Positions 62,010 through 64,000 of a stretch of 64,000 nt of DNA are shown piece after piece (the stretch's first letter is position 1; the number at the start of each line of letters is the position of its first letter). Position numbers and translations under genes: made by a program. Source of the stretch: Oceanipulchritudo sp. (GTDB lineage: Bacteria > Verrucomicrobiota > Verrucomicrobiia > Opitutales > Oceanipulchritudinaceae); the NCBI GenBank assembly GCA_049975345.1, contig JBNGDP010000001.1, positions 32,907 through 96,906 on the forward strand, in the 5' to 3' direction. The notes beneath the pieces were generated by a model. That model did not search any database, was not told where the DNA came from, and worked only from the letters and a program-made list of their open reading frames with translations.

Positions 62010-62852
62010 ATGCCAACCACCAACCTGAAGGAAGAGGAACTGCGCGAATCCCTGAAGCGCTGTCCGGAACGGGCCATTGAAGCAGCGATCCAGTTCAACC
62101 AGACGCGCGATCCTGAACTTGTACCCACGATTGTGATGGGAATCATCGAGCGGTTTGTCGAACCGGAAGTCCGTCCCCTGTTGCGGGAGGAGAAGGACCA
62201 GACCCGCCTGCTGGAGGACCTCGGGATCGATTCCCTCCTGATGGTGGAGATCGTCATCCTGGTCGAGGAGACCCTCGGGATCCAAATCGAGAACGAGGAA
62301 TTACGCAACCTCCGCAGCATCGGGGATATCAAGGGATATCTCGACGCGAAAATCAAGGGGCTGCCGGTCCCCTCGAACCGGAATGTCATGAAGTTCGAGG
62401 AAGTGGCCGCGGTCATGCCCCACCAGCCGCCTTTCCTCTTCCTGCAGGAAGCCCGCATCAACGGCACCACCGCCGAGGGAAGCTACCACATTTCGGGCGA
62501 CGAACCCTTCCTTGAAGGCCACTTCAAGGAAAATCCCGTTTTTCCGGCCTCGCTCATGCTGGAGGCCCTCGGCCAACTGGCCGTTCTCCTGATGCTCAAG
62601 TCCGGGGATCCCGCCTTCGGGGGCCGTGTCAGGCCCGATTCCATCTATTTTGTCTCCTGTGACGGAGTCCGCTGCCACAAGATGTGCAAGCCGGAAGAGG
62701 TCCTCCAGCTCAAGGTCAGCCTGAAGAAGGTTCATGCCCCGCTGGCCCAGTTCGAGGGGTTGATCTTCAGCCATGGAACCAAGGTGGCCAAGGCCGAGGA
62801 AATCTCGCTGACCTTTGAGCTGGCGGAAGAGGAACCCACCCCCGCCAATTGA
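62010..62852 (+). CDS. Fusion of an N-terminally extended acyl carrier protein and a FabZ-like hotdog dehydratase
   Basis: ACP motif DLGIDSLLMVEI (Ser75), then MPHQPPFLFL and GHFKENPVFPASLMLEALGQ, in one uninterrupted frame. Confidence 0.85.
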   Translation: MPTTNLKEEELRESLKRCPERAIEAAIQFNQTRDPELVPTIVMGIIERFVEPEVRPLLREEKDQTRLLEDLGIDSLLMVEIVILVEETLGIQIENEELRNLRSIGDIKGYLDAKIKGLPVPSNRNVMKFEEVAAVMPHQPPFLFLQEARINGTTAEGSYHISGDEPFLEGHFKENPVFPASLMLEALGQLAVLLMLKSGDPAFGGRVRPDSIYFVSCDGVRCHKMCKPEEVLQLKVSLKKVHAPLAQFEGLIFSHGTKVAKAEEISLTFELAEEEPTPAN

Positions 62853-62880
62853 ACAAGTCCGGTCCGGACCCCATTCCCGC

Positions 62881-64000
62881 ATGCGATCTGTTGTCATTAC
62901 CGGTATCGGCCTGGTTACCTGCCTGGGCCAGGAAAAGGCCGAGGTTGGCGGCAAATTGCGGGCGATGCGGCACGGATTCGTCCGATATCCGCCTTTCTTG
63001 AAGGACGAGAAAATCCCCATCAGCGTGGCGGCGCCGCTTCCGGGATTCGATACCTCCTCCAAGGACCCGGAAGACTGGTCCTTCCCCGAGGGCATCCATT
63101 TCCGCCTCGAACAACTGCGGGGCCTGAGCCCGAACGCGCTGTACGCCCACTTCGCCCTGCGCAACGCCGCCCGGGATGCCGGTCTGGAGCTGGAGGCCCT
63201 CTCGGACGAGAGGACCGGATTGTACACGGCTTCCTCCGGTTCGGCGGCCATGACCTGGTTTCATCTCGACCGCATGAAACGGGTCGGGCCCCTGCGCTGC
63301 CCTCCCATGGGCATCGTCGCCTCGATCGCGGGAACGCTCAACTTCAACCTCGCCGCGGCCTACCGCATCCGTGGGTCCACTGCCGGTTTCGTTTCCGCGT
63401 GCGCCTCCAGCGGCCATGCCATGGGCTTTGCCTTTGATGAAATCGCACTCGGGCGACAGGACCGGATGGTCGTCGTCGGGGCGGAGGATTTCACGGAGGA
63501 AACCATCGTTCCCTTCTCCGGCATGCGCGTCCTTTCCCTCAATCCCGATCCGGACTCCGCTTCCCGCCCCTTCGACCGCAACCGGGACGGATTCGTCGGC
63601 ACCGGCGGGGCCGTCTGCCTGCTCCTGGAAGCCGGGGAAATTGCCGAAAAGCGCGGTGCGCCGGTCCACGCCCGTCTTGCCGGCTGGGGACAGGCGACCG
63701 ACGGATACCACGTGGCCGCCTCGCATCCGGACGGTGAGGGGCTTGCCCGGGCCATGCGCCTGGCCCTGCGGAGCGCCGGTTGGGAGCCGGGAGCGGTCGA
63801 TTATGTGAACGCGCACGCCACCTCCACCCAGGCCGGGGACGTTTCCGAGTGCCGGGCCCTCAAGAGCATGTTCACGGGCAACCGCCAGCCGGCGATCAGC
63901 AGCACCAAGGCCCTGACCGGGCACGCCCTGTCCCTTTCCAGCATCATGGAGGCGGCGTTCTGCCTGCTGGCCATGGACCAGGGATTTATCCCCGGCAGCG
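62881..64000 (+). CDS. Beta-ketoacyl-ACP synthase (FabB/FabF-type); 3' end lies outside the window
   Basis: Manual translation MRSVVITGIGLVTCLG...FVSACASSGHA (Cys174)...SRPFDRNRDGFV...VNAHATST...STKALTGH. Absent from the ORF track. Confidence 0.92.
   Translation, partial: MRSVVITGIGLVTCLGQEKAEVGGKLRAMRHGFVRYPPFLKDEKIPISVAAPLPGFDTSSKDPEDWSFPEGIHFRLEQLRGLSPNALYAHFALRNAARDAGLELEALSDERTGLYTASSGSAAMTWFHLDRMKRVGPLRCPPMGIVASIAGTLNFNLAAAYRIRGSTAGFVSACASSGHAMGFAFDEIALGRQDRMVVVGAEDFTEETIVPFSGMRVLSLNPDPDSASRPFDRNRDGFVGTGGAVCLLLEAGEIAEKRGAPVHARLAGWGQATDGYHVAASHPDGEGLARAMRLALRSAGWEPGAVDYVNAHATSTQAGDVSECRALKSMFTGNRQPAISSTKALTGHALSLSSIMEAAFCLLAMDQGFIPGS

Overview
A high-GC bacterial chromosome segment made up almost entirely of core genes. 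It is most likely Verrucomicrobiota (Opitutia/Puniceicoccaceae-like), inferred from the L28 insertion, the N-terminally extended ACP and the gene repertoire. It carries about 62 CDS, including cimA, astB, rpsO-pnp, trpG, gyrB-gyrA, trkAH, a GldAFG/DUF4340/AsmA-like envelope operon, accBC with two Asp23-family genes, thiE, an LMW phosphatase-rpiB-glyA run, miaA, a GT4-plcP pair, a Ser/Thr kinase-rpoN-tsaB-alr operon, an NtrC-type regulator, MoxR, secG, parB, fmt, der, rpmB, cobA/cysH, ligA and an ACP-dehydratase fusion followed by a ketosynthase. Two real genes cut by the window edges are missing from the ORF track: an OlsF-like acyltransferase (<1-1208) and the ketosynthase (62881->64000). I saw no rRNA, tRNA, CRISPR array, IS element, integrase or prophage gene. 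The most unusual signals are: (1) three sharp, site-centred strand-composition flips (C-rich left, G-rich right on the + strand) at about 20.66, 23.65 and 58.55 kb, two of them in mid-gene and affecting codon choice and protein composition; (2) a predicted double ribbon-helix-helix protein fused to a histone-H1-like tail; (3) a Pho-box-preceded GT4-PlcP lipid-remodelling pair; (4) an ACP-FabZ fusion with a KS; (5) a sensor-less Ser/Thr kinase heading the rpoN operon; and (6) recurrent sigma70-like promoters with a 16-bp spacer. All family calls come from motif recognition by eye; no searches were run, and base counts are hand counts of single 60-nt lines.
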